A stretch of 44,347 nucleotides of DNA. It comes from Candidatus Omnitrophota bacterium. GTDB taxonomy: Bacteria; Omnitrophota; Gorgyraeia; Gorgyraeales; Gorgyraeaceae. The notes below the pieces were generated by a model. The model was not told the DNA's origin. It worked only from the letters and a program-made list of their open reading frames with translations, and searched no databases. The translations under genes were made by a program, and so were the position numbers. The stretch is taken from NCBI GenBank assembly GCA_018824725.1, contig JAHJGB010000077.1, forward strand, positions 1-44,347. The letters run 5' to 3'. Shown piece after piece: positions 17,666-27,569 of this stretch; positions within the stretch are counted from its first letter, which is position 1; every line of letters begins with the position of its first letter.

Positions 17666-17920
17666 TTATTACCATTGGTATTTTGCCAAAGATAAGATTT
17701 CGATATATATATTGATAATAGGAAGCTAGATGGTTTCATCGAGTTTTTCAAAAAAAATGATTGCATTTCTGCATGCGCAAGCTGTGATTATTACGAAAGA
17801 TAGGCTCATGAGGTTATATCTTCCGATCAGAACCAGATAAATGAATATATCGCTACCATCTCCACAATTTCTAAAAAACTTATTTCTGGCAAAATTTATA
17901 AATGATCTTCGAATAAACGC

Positions 17921-19348
17921 ATGAGAGTATTACTTATAAATCCCCAATTTGAATTTAAGAAATTCGGCAGTTTCACCAGGTTTATGGAACCCATGCCCAG
18001 CATAGGGTTGGCTTACATCGCGTCGGTCTTGGTGAAGAACGGCATAGAGATAGAAATAATCGATGATTTTGTCTTGCGGCTAGGGGCCAAGGGTATTCTT
18101 AGCGTAATAAAAAAGAAAAAGTTCGATATTGTAGGGATATCCTGCTTGACGCCTTCAGCGCCAATAACTTTTTCTATCGCAGCGGCTATCAAAAGCTACG
18201 ACAGTAAAATCTTGATAGTCTTAGGGAATATCCATGCCGTCGTATTTGCCGGGGATATATTAAAGAAGGAAGCCGTGGATGTAATTGTCCACGGTGAGGG
18301 TGAATATACGATGTTAGAGTTGGCTAAGGCGGTAGCCAGCGGCGCAGATCTTGCGCAGGTAAAAGGAATTTCATTTAAGCAGGACGGGAAGATAGTGCAT
18401 ACGCCCCCCAGAGAGCTCATAGAAAATTTGGATGAGCTACCCTATCCGCAATGGCAATTGTTCCCGTTCACAAAATATGCGTTTCTGCCATTTATGGATG
18501 TCAAGAAGCCCGGATTAAGCATTTTGGGTTCCCGGGGTTGCCCCTATCGGTGCAGGTTTTGTTCTCTGCCCAATACGGGGACTAAATACAGAGAAAGAGA
18601 TCCAAAAAAGATCGCGGATGAAATTGAATATGTAATACATAACTTTCCGGTTAAACAGATCTCATTTGTCGACCCCATCTTTCCTTTGTCAAAGAAAGTC
18701 GGGCTGGAATTTAGCGAAGAGATGGTCAGGCGGAAGCTGCATAATAAAATTGTATGGACATGCGAGACACGGATTGACAGGATGGACAGAGAGCTCTTAA
18801 AGGCGATGCGGCAGGCCGGCTGCAGAAGGATAATGTATGGTTTGGAATCCGGAGTTCAGGCGTTATTGGATAACATTGGAAAAGGTTTCTCCGTAGATTA
18901 TGTAAAAAGGATTATCAAGCTTACCCAGCAAGAAGATATATCAGTAGCAGGCGTTTTTATGATAGGATTGCCGGGAGAAACGAGAGCTATGACGCAGCAA
19001 ACCATCGATTTCGCCAAGCAGATAGATTTGGATTTTGCAAAATTTGCCATTACCGTCCCCTTCCCGGGAAGCCAGCTTTATGAGGACTTGACCAGGACGG
19101 GAGAATTGAAAAGGCAGGATTGGGAAAACTTCACCACTTTTAATACTAACCCAAAAGAATTGGTATATGTCCCGGGAAACATGAAACCGGAAGAGCTGAT
19201 TGAAATGCAGCGGAAGGGACACAGGGATTTCTATTTACGGCCGGAAATCATCTTCCGGCAGCTATTCAAGATACGGACAATCAGCATAAAAGATTTGTTT
19301 TCCGGGTTTTTTAGCTTATTTTCGCATGGGCTTCATAAAAATAATTAA
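17921..19348 (+). CDS. B12-binding-domain-type radical SAM protein, paralogue 3
   Basis: PSIGLAYIASVL, VHGEGEYTMLEL, GSRGCPYRCRFC, GLPGET and FYLRPEII motifs. Confidence 0.85.
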   Translation: MRVLLINPQFEFKKFGSFTRFMEPMPSIGLAYIASVLVKNGIEIEIIDDFVLRLGAKGILSVIKKKKFDIVGISCLTPSAPITFSIAAAIKSYDSKILIVLGNIHAVVFAGDILKKEAVDVIVHGEGEYTMLELAKAVASGADLAQVKGISFKQDGKIVHTPPRELIENLDELPYPQWQLFPFTKYAFLPFMDVKKPGLSILGSRGCPYRCRFCSLPNTGTKYRERDPKKIADEIEYVIHNFPVKQISFVDPIFPLSKKVGLEFSEEMVRRKLHNKIVWTCETRIDRMDRELLKAMRQAGCRRIMYGLESGVQALLDNIGKGFSVDYVKRIIKLTQQEDISVAGVFMIGLPGETRAMTQQTIDFAKQIDLDFAKFAITVPFPGSQLYEDLTRTGELKRQDWENFTTFNTNPKELVYVPGNMKPEELIEMQRKGHRDFYLRPEIIFRQLFKIRTISIKDLFSGFFSLFSHGLHKNN

Positions 19349-21023
19349 ATCTATGCTATCCATGCACGACTATCTAGTTTTAACAAAAATATCGAGATAT
19401 TACAATTCCCCATTAATATTAATGTTAATTACTGCCATTTTTTTTCTTAATGCGATAGCTTTATATTGTATAAATAGAAAACTGCAAGCAAAAGAAATAA
19501 ATAAAATTATGATTAGTTACTCTATAGCTAAGCCACCTGCGCATAGGTCTTTTTTAATGATAATACTGGTAATTCTTGCTTTTTTTTGGTTGACTTTGAA
19601 TCTACAAAGAAATGATATCGATTCGATGGAAGCACATAGTATATTGATCGCCAGAAGTTTTATTGCCCAAAATTTTTTAAATAGAGTCGAGCTTATGTTA
19701 ATAACTGCTCATCAACCACTCTATCCCTTTCTATTGAATTTTTTGATGCCATTTCAAAATATAACATACAACTATACTATCTTACGGCTCTTTTCTGTAT
19801 CCCTTGGATTGATTACTGGATATTTGCTATATTTGTTTTCACTAAAAATATTTCAAAGGCCATATTTATCGCATGCGATATTTATTTTTTTATGTATTCA
19901 TAGTTTATTTTATTTTTATTCTAGGCGCATTGAACCATATGCATTTTTTTGTTTTTTAGCTGTACTAAGCTATTATTATTTTTGGCAGAATTTCATTGTT
20001 AAAACTAATAGCAGCTTATCGAAATATATTTTGGTGAACATTATTTCACTACTCACTCATTATTTAGCGCTATGTGTTATTTTCTCTCAATTTTTAACAA
20101 TCCTTATACTTATATATAAGCGTGAAATAACTTCAATGCAGATTAAATTATCATTTATTAAGTCACTAATTATTTTTAACTTTATAGGTATAGTGGCAAG
20201 CCCGATAATTTATCTAACCCTTTTCAATAATACATTTGTATTTACCGATAATTGGATTAATAGTTTCTACTTAGAAAGTGAATATTTGGGGACAATCCTG
20301 AATAGTTCCGCAAAAATAATCTTTGGCTTACCTTTACATGGAATACCTCTTTTCTTTTCCATTCTTATACCGATAATTGCCTTAATTAGAATTTATCGAG
20401 CAAATCGTCCGTTTGCGTTATTGTTACTATGTTTATTTATCACTGCCTTTTTTTACCAGCTGTTTTTTCTTCTAGGTATGTTTAATGCTACTGGAAGACT
20501 TTATTTTAATATCAGGCATTTTGTATGGCTCGTTCCATTTATAGTAATGATGTATTGTTATGGCCTATACCTCTTAATAATAGAAAAAAAGTTATACACA
20601 AAAGTTATCGGGTGTTTTTTATCAATTTTTATAGTCATCTGTAATTTGTTTTCATTACCCGAGGTAAGTTTTGGATATACAGCGCCTGCATATAAAAAAT
20701 CAGTTGATTACATAGCTCAAGAAATACGAGATAATGATCTTGTGGGAATGCCGGTAGATTGGTTCAAATATTCTTTTGAGTTTAACGGTGTCTCGTTTTA
20801 TAGCAAATACGCAAGGGTGTGTCAAATAAAATTAAGTGATATTAATGCACTAAGATCAACTTTTCGCAGAATCTTCATTATAATTCCGCATGAAGATTAT
20901 TATGGTTTTCCGCAAGCAAGTATAACGGCGTTAAATAATTATGTAGTTTCTCTAAAACAGAAGCTATCCTTACTAAAGCATTGGCATGACAATAAGATAG
21001 ATGTTTATCTTTTTGCATTGTAA
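19326..21023 (+). CDS. Polytopic membrane protein, tentatively GT-C/ArnT-PMT-like glycosyltransferase (no C-terminal repeat domain)
   Basis: 565 aa with more than 10 hydrophobic spans. It has a first-loop acidic segment DIDSMEAHSILIARSF. The gene is very AT-rich with I/F/L/Y/N-rich composition. The start is uncertain (19326, 19353 or 19362). Confidence 0.45.
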   Translation: MGFIKIIKSMLSMHDYLVLTKISRYYNSPLILMLITAIFFLNAIALYCINRKLQAKEINKIMISYSIAKPPAHRSFLMIILVILAFFWLTLNLQRNDIDSMEAHSILIARSFIAQNFLNRVELMLITAHQPLYPFLLNFLMPFQNITYNYTILRLFSVSLGLITGYLLYLFSLKIFQRPYLSHAIFIFLCIHSLFYFYSRRIEPYAFFCFLAVLSYYYFWQNFIVKTNSSLSKYILVNIISLLTHYLALCVIFSQFLTILILIYKREITSMQIKLSFIKSLIIFNFIGIVASPIIYLTLFNNTFVFTDNWINSFYLESEYLGTILNSSAKIIFGLPLHGIPLFFSILIPIIALIRIYRANRPFALLLLCLFITAFFYQLFFLLGMFNATGRLYFNIRHFVWLVPFIVMMYCYGLYLLIIEKKLYTKVIGCFLSIFIVICNLFSLPEVSFGYTAPAYKKSVDYIAQEIRDNDLVGMPVDWFKYSFEFNGVSFYSKYARVCQIKLSDINALRSTFRRIFIIIPHEDYYGFPQASITALNNYVVSLKQKLSLLKHWHDNKIDVYLFAL

Positions 21024-21058
21024 ATTATATTCAAGCATAATTTCTAAATAATAATTGT

Positions 21059-22493
21059 ATGTCCAAAAAAATTCTATTGGTGAATCCAAATTTTTCATAC
21101 TGTCCCGGACTGTTTTCATCGTTCGTAAATTACAAACAGCCCCCCCCTAGGCCTGGGATACATAGCTTCGTATATCAGGGCGCGCTGCGCAGCTGAAGTT
21201 AAAATATATGACGCTGCCTTTTTGGATGCGGATGCGGACCGGACTTTAGAATATGCGAAGATGTTTAATCCAGATATTATAGGAATAAGCGTAACAACAT
21301 TGACAGCTGGATATGCCAGGAAGCTTGCGGCAAAAAGTAAAAATACGCTTAAGAATACCCTTGTAGTATTAGGAGGGCCTCATATAACTGCATTGCCATA
21401 TGAGAATTTAGATGTTGCTGACATCTGTGTAATTGGCGAGGGCGAACAGACCTTTGCCGAGTTAGTAGATAATTTCCCAGATGAATTGTCATTCGAAAAA
21501 ATTCCCGGAGTCGCTTTTAAAAAAAATGGAAAGACAGTGAAAACGAATGAAAAAAAGCTTATTCCAAACTTAGATAAACTGCCGTTTCCTGCCATGGACA
21601 TGTATTCTCAGTATAGGTATATTCATATCTATCCATATCGTTTAAAAAATACCCATTACAGGACTATTATCACTTCCCGGGGCTGCAGTTATAATTGTAG
21701 CTTTTGCATGAGTGAACTCATCTGGAAAAGAGAAGTAAGGTTCAGGAGTTTGGATAATGTTTTCCAGGAAATTGGAGAGTTAGTTGGTAAATATAAAACA
21801 TCCCTTTTATTTATACATGACGACAATTTCACAGTAAATGCTGCCAGAGTTTATGAGTTTTGCAGAACTAAAAGAAAATACTTTCCCGAGCTAAAATGGA
21901 TTTGTCATGCCCGAGCAGATTGTTTATCTTCGGAATTGCTGGCAGAAATGAAATCGGCAGGATGTGTCGAGATCCAGATTGGAGTGGAAAGCGGCGATGA
22001 TACCATTTTATCCAAATGCAATAAAGCAGTTACCACATCGACTATTATTACCGCTTTTAAGATGCTTAGGAAAAGCGGCATTAACCAATGGGCCACATTT
22101 ATCATTGGAAACGAAGGAGATGATAAAGAAAGTATATTAAAAACAATTAATTTATCTAAAATTATAAACCCCACCTACGCTACTTTTTTATTTCTTTTGC
22201 CCCTGCCGGGAACAAAATGTTTTAATCGACTATCCGAAAAAGGATTCATAACAACGTACGATTGGTCTAAATACACATGGCACGGTGAACCAGTGTTCGA
22301 GACAGAAAGCCTGTCTAGAAAAATGCTCTTGTGGATACGAAAAAAAGCGTTTCTTGAATTTTATCTACGCCCCTCTGCGCTAATTAGATGCTTATTCGAT
22401 ATCGTAAAAAGCAGACAATGGAATATGTTGTTCCGCGGATTTATGACTATTTTTAAATTTGGTTTTGGATTTATACAGAATAAACGAGCATAA
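21059..22493 (+). pseudogene. B12-binding-domain-type radical SAM paralogue 4, interrupted by a frameshift in a C8 tract
   Basis: ATG 21059 gives MSKKILLVNPNFSYCPGLFSSFVNYKQPPP. After C8 (21140-21147) the family motif PPLGLGYIASYI continues in the frame of ORF 21222-22493, and a C7 tract would fuse the two. TSRGCSYNCSFC is present downstream. Confidence 0.75.
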
Positions 22494-22495
22494 AA

Positions 22496-23908
22496 ATGAA
22501 GTTAAAAATACTGCTTATATCCTCCCCCCAAATAGAATCTATATCCGCTACATATCCGCTTGGATTATGTTATATAGCGGCTGTTTTAAAAGAGCGTAAC
22601 TACGATGTAGAGATATTTGATTATTCCAAGCGGCCTTATTCTGCAAAATTATTTCTGCAGGAGGTAAAAAAGAGCAATCCCGACTTCATAGGTTTTACAG
22701 TTTACAGCTGTTTTTATAATGCGATAAAAGAGATGATACGTATATTACGCAATGAGTTTGACATGGCAAAGATAATAATTGGAGGGCCTCACGTTTCAGC
22801 TCTGCCTGCATACAGCCTGGAAGATATGCATGCTGACTTTGCTGTAGTTGGTGAAGCTGAGTTGGTTATGCCCGAGATAATCAGAAGAGCTGGAGAGCGC
22901 TGCGCATCTTTTGACGATATTAAAGGATTGGCATATTGGAGTGGCAATAGCCTGAAGTTTAACCCGGGCTGTAATTTGGTTCTTGATTTGGACAGGCTTC
23001 CTTTTCCGGACCGAGGTATTTTGCCTATAAATAGTTATAATGAAACCATCGGACACATCTTCATCGCAAAAACACCGGTGGCGCCTATTTTGACTTCACG
23101 GGGATGCCCTCACCATTGTATTTTTTGCTCTACGCACGTTATTCACGGTAGAGTTTTTCGAAGGCGCTCGGCCAGCAATGTGGTAGATGAGATTGAATAT
23201 TTAATAAGAAAATACAATGTAAAAGAAATTAACTTTTACGATGATACATTTTCTGAGTCACCCGAGCATGCTATTGATATCTGTAAAGAAATGACGATAA
23301 GAAAATTAAATATTTCTTGGAGGACGGCAGTTGGATTGAGGCTTTCTACCATTAATGAAGAGCTGCTCGGGTATTTTAAGGCATCCGGTTGTTATCAGCT
23401 GAGTTTTGGGATAGAATCATTTAGCGAACGCCTGTTAAGCCAGATAAGAAAGCCGATTTCAAAGTTTCAAATTAAAGAAAAGATAGAATTAATCCGTAGA
23501 TGCGGCATAGAAACTCTCGGATTTTTTATTTTGGGCCTGCCCACAGATACCGAACAGTCGATTTGGGAGACCATTAATTTCGCCCGCAATTCGGGATTGG
23601 ATTTTATTATATTCACTCCGTTGATTCCTTTCCCGGGTTCTGCGATTTTTGAAGATATATATAATAGCAAAAATAAACAATTGATTAATTGGGATCATTT
23701 TAATTTTAATTATGGTTTTAAATTTGAGCTTTCCAAAATCCCAGCTGCTAAGTTAAGAAAAATTTACATCTTTTCTTATCTTTACTGCCACTTTGCACCG
23801 AAGCGAATTATAAAAATAATGATGAATATTTTGTTTCTGCGGAAAATAAATTTTTTAAAGATTATCAAATCGTTTTATTACATTATTATAAAAAACCTCT
23901 GCAATTAA
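22496..23908 (+). CDS. B12-binding-domain-type radical SAM protein, paralogue 5
   Basis: YPLGLCYIAAVLKE, VVGEAE, TSRGCPHHCIFC and GLPTDT motifs. Confidence 0.85.
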   Translation: MKLKILLISSPQIESISATYPLGLCYIAAVLKERNYDVEIFDYSKRPYSAKLFLQEVKKSNPDFIGFTVYSCFYNAIKEMIRILRNEFDMAKIIIGGPHVSALPAYSLEDMHADFAVVGEAELVMPEIIRRAGERCASFDDIKGLAYWSGNSLKFNPGCNLVLDLDRLPFPDRGILPINSYNETIGHIFIAKTPVAPILTSRGCPHHCIFCSTHVIHGRVFRRRSASNVVDEIEYLIRKYNVKEINFYDDTFSESPEHAIDICKEMTIRKLNISWRTAVGLRLSTINEELLGYFKASGCYQLSFGIESFSERLLSQIRKPISKFQIKEKIELIRRCGIETLGFFILGLPTDTEQSIWETINFARNSGLDFIIFTPLIPFPGSAIFEDIYNSKNKQLINWDHFNFNYGFKFELSKIPAAKLRKIYIFSYLYCHFAPKRIIKIMMNILFLRKINFLKIIKSFYYIIIKNLCN

Positions 23909-23944
23909 TACTTTTCTTTTACAAAAATTAGTGCTAGTAAAAAG

Positions 23945-24559
23945 ATGACTTTCTTATTTCTTCATTATTTTCTACAGTTTTTTACTCGTCGGGTAGCAAA
24001 GCATAAAGATTTGATTCTGCATTTTATTCTGCCAAAAACAAGAAAGGGAATAGGGTGCATGCGGATTTTAGACTTTGGTTGCGGAGAAGGGATTCTTTCA
24101 GATACATTCCGGTGCAATAGAAATATACGTTATGTTGGCTTGGATCACGATTTTAGTCGTATAGATTTTGCTAAGAAAATTAACAGAGGCGCTTATTTTA
24201 TTACATGCAACGAAAGATTAAGTTTTAAAAACAAAGTTTTCGATTTTATTATACTTAATAATGTCCTTCATCATATGCCGAGAGAGAAGATAGCTGTTTT
24301 GATATCAGAGATAAAAAGGACATTGGATGAAAATGGCAAAATCATAATAATTGAGTTAACGCCTAGTAGCCAGCAACGCGGTTTTTTATTCAGGCTTGTT
24401 ACATACCTTGAAGAGAAGATTAACAAAATAATTTATTGCGATGATGTTTTCTTTGAAATATTTTTTAATTCAGAATTTATTAAAATATATTCTAAAAAAA
24501 TTGGATTTAACTTTATTTTTAGTGCATTTTCTAAACCAGTTGAAGCTCCTCGCCTGTGA
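23945..24559 (+). CDS. Class I SAM-dependent methyltransferase
   Basis: ILDFGCGEGILS (motif I), VGLDHD and FDFIILNNVLHHM motifs. Start uncertain. Confidence 0.7.
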   Translation: MTFLFLHYFLQFFTRRVAKHKDLILHFILPKTRKGIGCMRILDFGCGEGILSDTFRCNRNIRYVGLDHDFSRIDFAKKINRGAYFITCNERLSFKNKVFDFIILNNVLHHMPREKIAVLISEIKRTLDENGKIIIIELTPSSQQRGFLFRLVTYLEEKINKIIYCDDVFFEIFFNSEFIKIYSKKIGFNFIFSAFSKPVEAPRL

Positions 24560-24756
24560 AGACGGGGGAATCTATTTCTCCAAAAAGGCCACAATAGTGA
24601 CCGCAGATTATCTTGTAGACAAAACAGGCCACAGGGGCATACAATGTCTCAAGAGAGAGATTTATTGAGCATAAAGATGAATTCGAGTTGATTTCTGATA
24701 TGGAGTTATACGACGGTTGCTTTGTCCGGGGAAGCAATCCTCAAAAATAATTATAA

Positions 24757-24916
24757 ATGAAGATACTTTTTTATTCAAGATTTTGGTATCAATGAATCCC
24801 TAGCCCTAACTGAACTTTCTGCTTTTTTGAAATCAGAAGGGCATATCTGCGATGTGTTAATCGAAAACAATGAAAGAAATTTATCGGAGTCCGTCAAGAT
24901 ATCCTCTGTCGGATAG
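24757..24916 (+). pseudogene. N-terminal fragment of a further B12-binding-type radical SAM gene (frameshifted and truncated)
   Basis: MKILFYSRFWYQ-stop, then in another frame NESLALTELSAFLKSEGHICDVLIENNERNLSESVKI. Together these resemble the family N-terminus (MKILF..RFG.IN.SLGL.YLSA.LK..GH..D.L). The reading ends at the IS remnant. Confidence 0.35.
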
Positions 24917-24955
24917 GGGTATATATTTTAAGTATAAGTATTTAAGAAAGTTTAG

Positions 24956-25476
24956 CTTAAAACGATTTGCCTCAAGCGCAATAGATCACCGGCATATGAT
25001 GTATATTTAGCCCATCGGGCACAACAAAGAGCCGTACAAGGCAAACATATCTCAGTACAGCGAGAACGTATACGCGATAAACGCATACAACGCTATATCA
25101 TAAAAAAACTCAAACTACGTTGGTCACCGGAATTAATCTCTAATACAGTGCCGGGTATTATTCCAGGCGCATCCATCAGCCCTGAGGCGGTTTATCAGTT
25201 TATCACGGATCAGAGAACGTCCAGCATGTGGATATCAATAAAGTGCTGGGTACGCAACCGTACTTCTGTAGCCCCTTTCATAGCTGGGAAAAAAGGCCTG
25301 TTGAAAATGTCATAAGGCTTGTGCGTATCTTCTTGTCTAAGAGTACGGACTTTGCTATAATTACCAAAGAATGGTTGCAACAGGTCGAAAATCTTATTAA
25401 CGAACGTCCTCACAAGTGTTTGGGTTATAAAACCCCTGATAAGGACTTTGCCTCAAGTGTTGCGCTTTACTGTTGA
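24956..25476 (+). mobile_element. IS30-family transposase remnant (internally deleted and frameshifted)
   Basis: The 5' part reads ...RNRSPAYDVYLAHRAQQRA...RYIIKKLKLRWSPELISN...SPEAVYQFI, which is IS30 N-terminal-like. The 3' part (ORF 25228-25476) reads FCSPFHSWEKRPVENVIRLVR...LINERPHKCLGYKTPDKDF, the IS30 C-terminal signature. Most of the DDE core between them is missing. Confidence 0.7.
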
Positions 25477-27550
25477 ATGCGGGCAGGTAATTTTGTTAAA
25501 AAAATTGTTTATTAGCGTTATAGTAATTTCAAATAATTCTGAGAGGACGTTGCTTTGCGCGGTCGATAATGTTTTAATGGCTGATTACGAAGATAATTTC
25601 GAGATTATTATAGTTGATGATGCGAGCCGGATAAAAGTTGAAAATTATATCACTGCAAATCAGAGAATTAAAATTATACGAAATAACATGAACAAGGGGC
25701 CGGCTTATAGCAGAAACGCTGGAGCGGAAATTGCCAAGGGGGATGTGTTATTCTTCATTGATTCAGATATATATGTCCGGAAGGATTCCCTTTCATTGAT
25801 CAATAGCGGCTTTGAACAAGGCGAGGTAAGCGCGCTTATCGGCCACTATGACGCCGCTTGTCTTTACCGGGATTTTTTTTCCAACTATTACAATTTACGG
25901 CTGATTAAAGCAAGCCGCGACCTCGGGGCGGACTATTGCCATGCTGCGGTGTACGCCATCCGCAAAGACGTCTTCGGAAAGCTAAGCGGGTTCGATACGA
26001 ACTATGCAAGGGCGTCTGTTGAGGACTTGGAGTTCGGCCGGAGGGTTTTTTCTTCCGGTTACAAGGCAAACGTGCTTGATACACTTACTGTAGTCCATGA
26101 CAAAAAACTTACCTTCGCAACCCTTCTCAAGAATGATTTCATCAGATCCGCGGACAGAATGGAGTTTGTTTTAAATTTGGCAGCGATACAGAATATTGTC
26201 AGGAACCGAAGATTTGATCACCACAATATAGAACAATTGCTTGCCATTTTCATTATCCCTTTTTTCTGGGCGAGCATTGTATTGAGCCTGGTCAGCACCT
26301 ACTTTTTCCTTCTCGTCTTACTTTTCCTGCCTATTTTTATATTCCTGAATCAGGGGTATCTCCTTTTTCTTTTTGAACAAAAGGGTTTCTGGTTTTATCT
26401 GAAAAGCATAGGATTTTATATTATTGACCTCAATGTCATCTTCACCGGCTTACTAGCTGGTTTGTTCGCCAATCTGGTGTTGAGGGTTCGGAGCCGGTGT
26501 TCGGGATTCGGGTATCTTCCGTACATAAAATATTTCTTCGTAAAGAATTTCCCGATGGAAATCACTTTTTTTGTTACGAACCGGTGCAACGCTGCGTGCG
26601 GGTATTGTTTTTATTATCGTGAGCTTAATGTTCCGAAACGCGAGCTGTCTTTACCTGAGATTGAAAGGATGTTTTCTGCTTTCGGCCCTTTGCTCAGGGT
26701 GCTTATGTCAGGAGGAGAGCCTTTTCTCAGGGAAGATCTACCCGATATTGTCAAGGCCATATGTGCGCATTCAAGGCCCAGGCATATCACTATCCCCACA
26801 AACGGCATTATGACTGATAAAATCATTGCTGCGGTAGAAGAAATGTTTGCCTATAGCGGCGATACCGTTATAAACATCACTCTCTCCCTTGCCGAATTGT
26901 ATGATAAAAGGGATCGACTCACAGGAGTCGAGGGGTCTTTTAACGATACTCTAAACACTTATTATAAGCTCAAGAAGCTAAAAGACCGATTCCCTCATCT
27001 TGTGGTAGGCGTCAATATTACAGTAACTTCATCAAACGCAGAACACGTAGAGCAGATATATGATTTTGCCAGAGATGAACTTCAGGCTGATACCCTGGCT
27101 TTTAGTTTAGTGAGGGATTCGCCGATGCCCGGCGAAGAAAGATTAATCGACATCGAAATATATAAAAGGTTGGTAGGGAAGACAAAAAAAGAAGAGAGCC
27201 GCCTCCGGTTCCCTTTTTGGAGATTGTTTGTCAGGAGAAGGGGCCAGGTATATGATTATGTCATAAAATCATACACAGAGCAGAGGTATCTTTTGCCATG
27301 TTATGCGGGGAAGATACGCGTAGTGATAACTCCCGAAGGGGATGTCTTTCCGTGCGAAACATTCATGCTTACAGGCCGGGAAGACTACCGCTTGGGGAAC
27401 TTGAGAGATTGTAATTACGATATAAAGCAAATCTTCAGGAATAAAAAACGAAATGAGGTATGCACGTATATCAAAGAAAGCAAGTGTCACTGCAGGCATG
27501 AGTGCGATCTTATTGCCAATATATCTTTCAATCCTCGTTTTTTGATGTAG
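25448..27550 (+). CDS. Tripartite fusion of a GT2 glycosyltransferase, a TM block and a radical SAM/SPASM-type domain
   Basis: The N-terminus ISVIVISNNSERTL...FEIIIVDDASR...FFIDSDI is GT2. About 4 hydrophobic spans lie at roughly 26230-26480. The C-terminus has FFVTNRCNAACGYCF (CxxxCxxC) and a Cys-rich tail LLPCYAGKIRVVITPEGDVFPCE...CTYIKESKCHCRHEC. The start is TTG at 25448 or TTG at 25493. Confidence 0.75.
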   Translation: MPQVLRFTVECGQVILLKKLFISVIVISNNSERTLLCAVDNVLMADYEDNFEIIIVDDASRIKVENYITANQRIKIIRNNMNKGPAYSRNAGAEIAKGDVLFFIDSDIYVRKDSLSLINSGFEQGEVSALIGHYDAACLYRDFFSNYYNLRLIKASRDLGADYCHAAVYAIRKDVFGKLSGFDTNYARASVEDLEFGRRVFSSGYKANVLDTLTVVHDKKLTFATLLKNDFIRSADRMEFVLNLAAIQNIVRNRRFDHHNIEQLLAIFIIPFFWASIVLSLVSTYFFLLVLLFLPIFIFLNQGYLLFLFEQKGFWFYLKSIGFYIIDLNVIFTGLLAGLFANLVLRVRSRCSGFGYLPYIKYFFVKNFPMEITFFVTNRCNAACGYCFYYRELNVPKRELSLPEIERMFSAFGPLLRVLMSGGEPFLREDLPDIVKAICAHSRPRHITIPTNGIMTDKIIAAVEEMFAYSGDTVINITLSLAELYDKRDRLTGVEGSFNDTLNTYYKLKKLKDRFPHLVVGVNITVTSSNAEHVEQIYDFARDELQADTLAFSLVRDSPMPGEERLIDIEIYKRLVGKTKKEESRLRFPFWRLFVRRRGQVYDYVIKSYTEQRYLLPCYAGKIRVVITPEGDVFPCETFMLTGREDYRLGNLRDCNYDIKQIFRNKKRNEVCTYIKESKCHCRHECDLIANISFNPRFLM

Positions 27551-27569
27551 AGGTGCGGGATAAGAATCT

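Noticed and set aside
17730-17837. 35-codon ORF (MVSSSFSKKMIAFLHAQAVIITKDRLMRLYLPIRTR) with AGGAAG upstream, in the 255-bp gap between two rSAM genes
   Set aside because: It has no recognisable motif, no Cys/Ser/Thr-rich core, and lies in AT-rich sequence where short ORFs arise by chance. It is kept only as something to test for conservation.
24441-24737. ORFs 24441-24668 (+) and 24531-24737 (-) after the methyltransferase
   Set aside because: The first overlaps the 3' end of the methyltransferase out of frame. Neither has a motif or an RBS. The region is more likely degraded sequence next to the IS scar.
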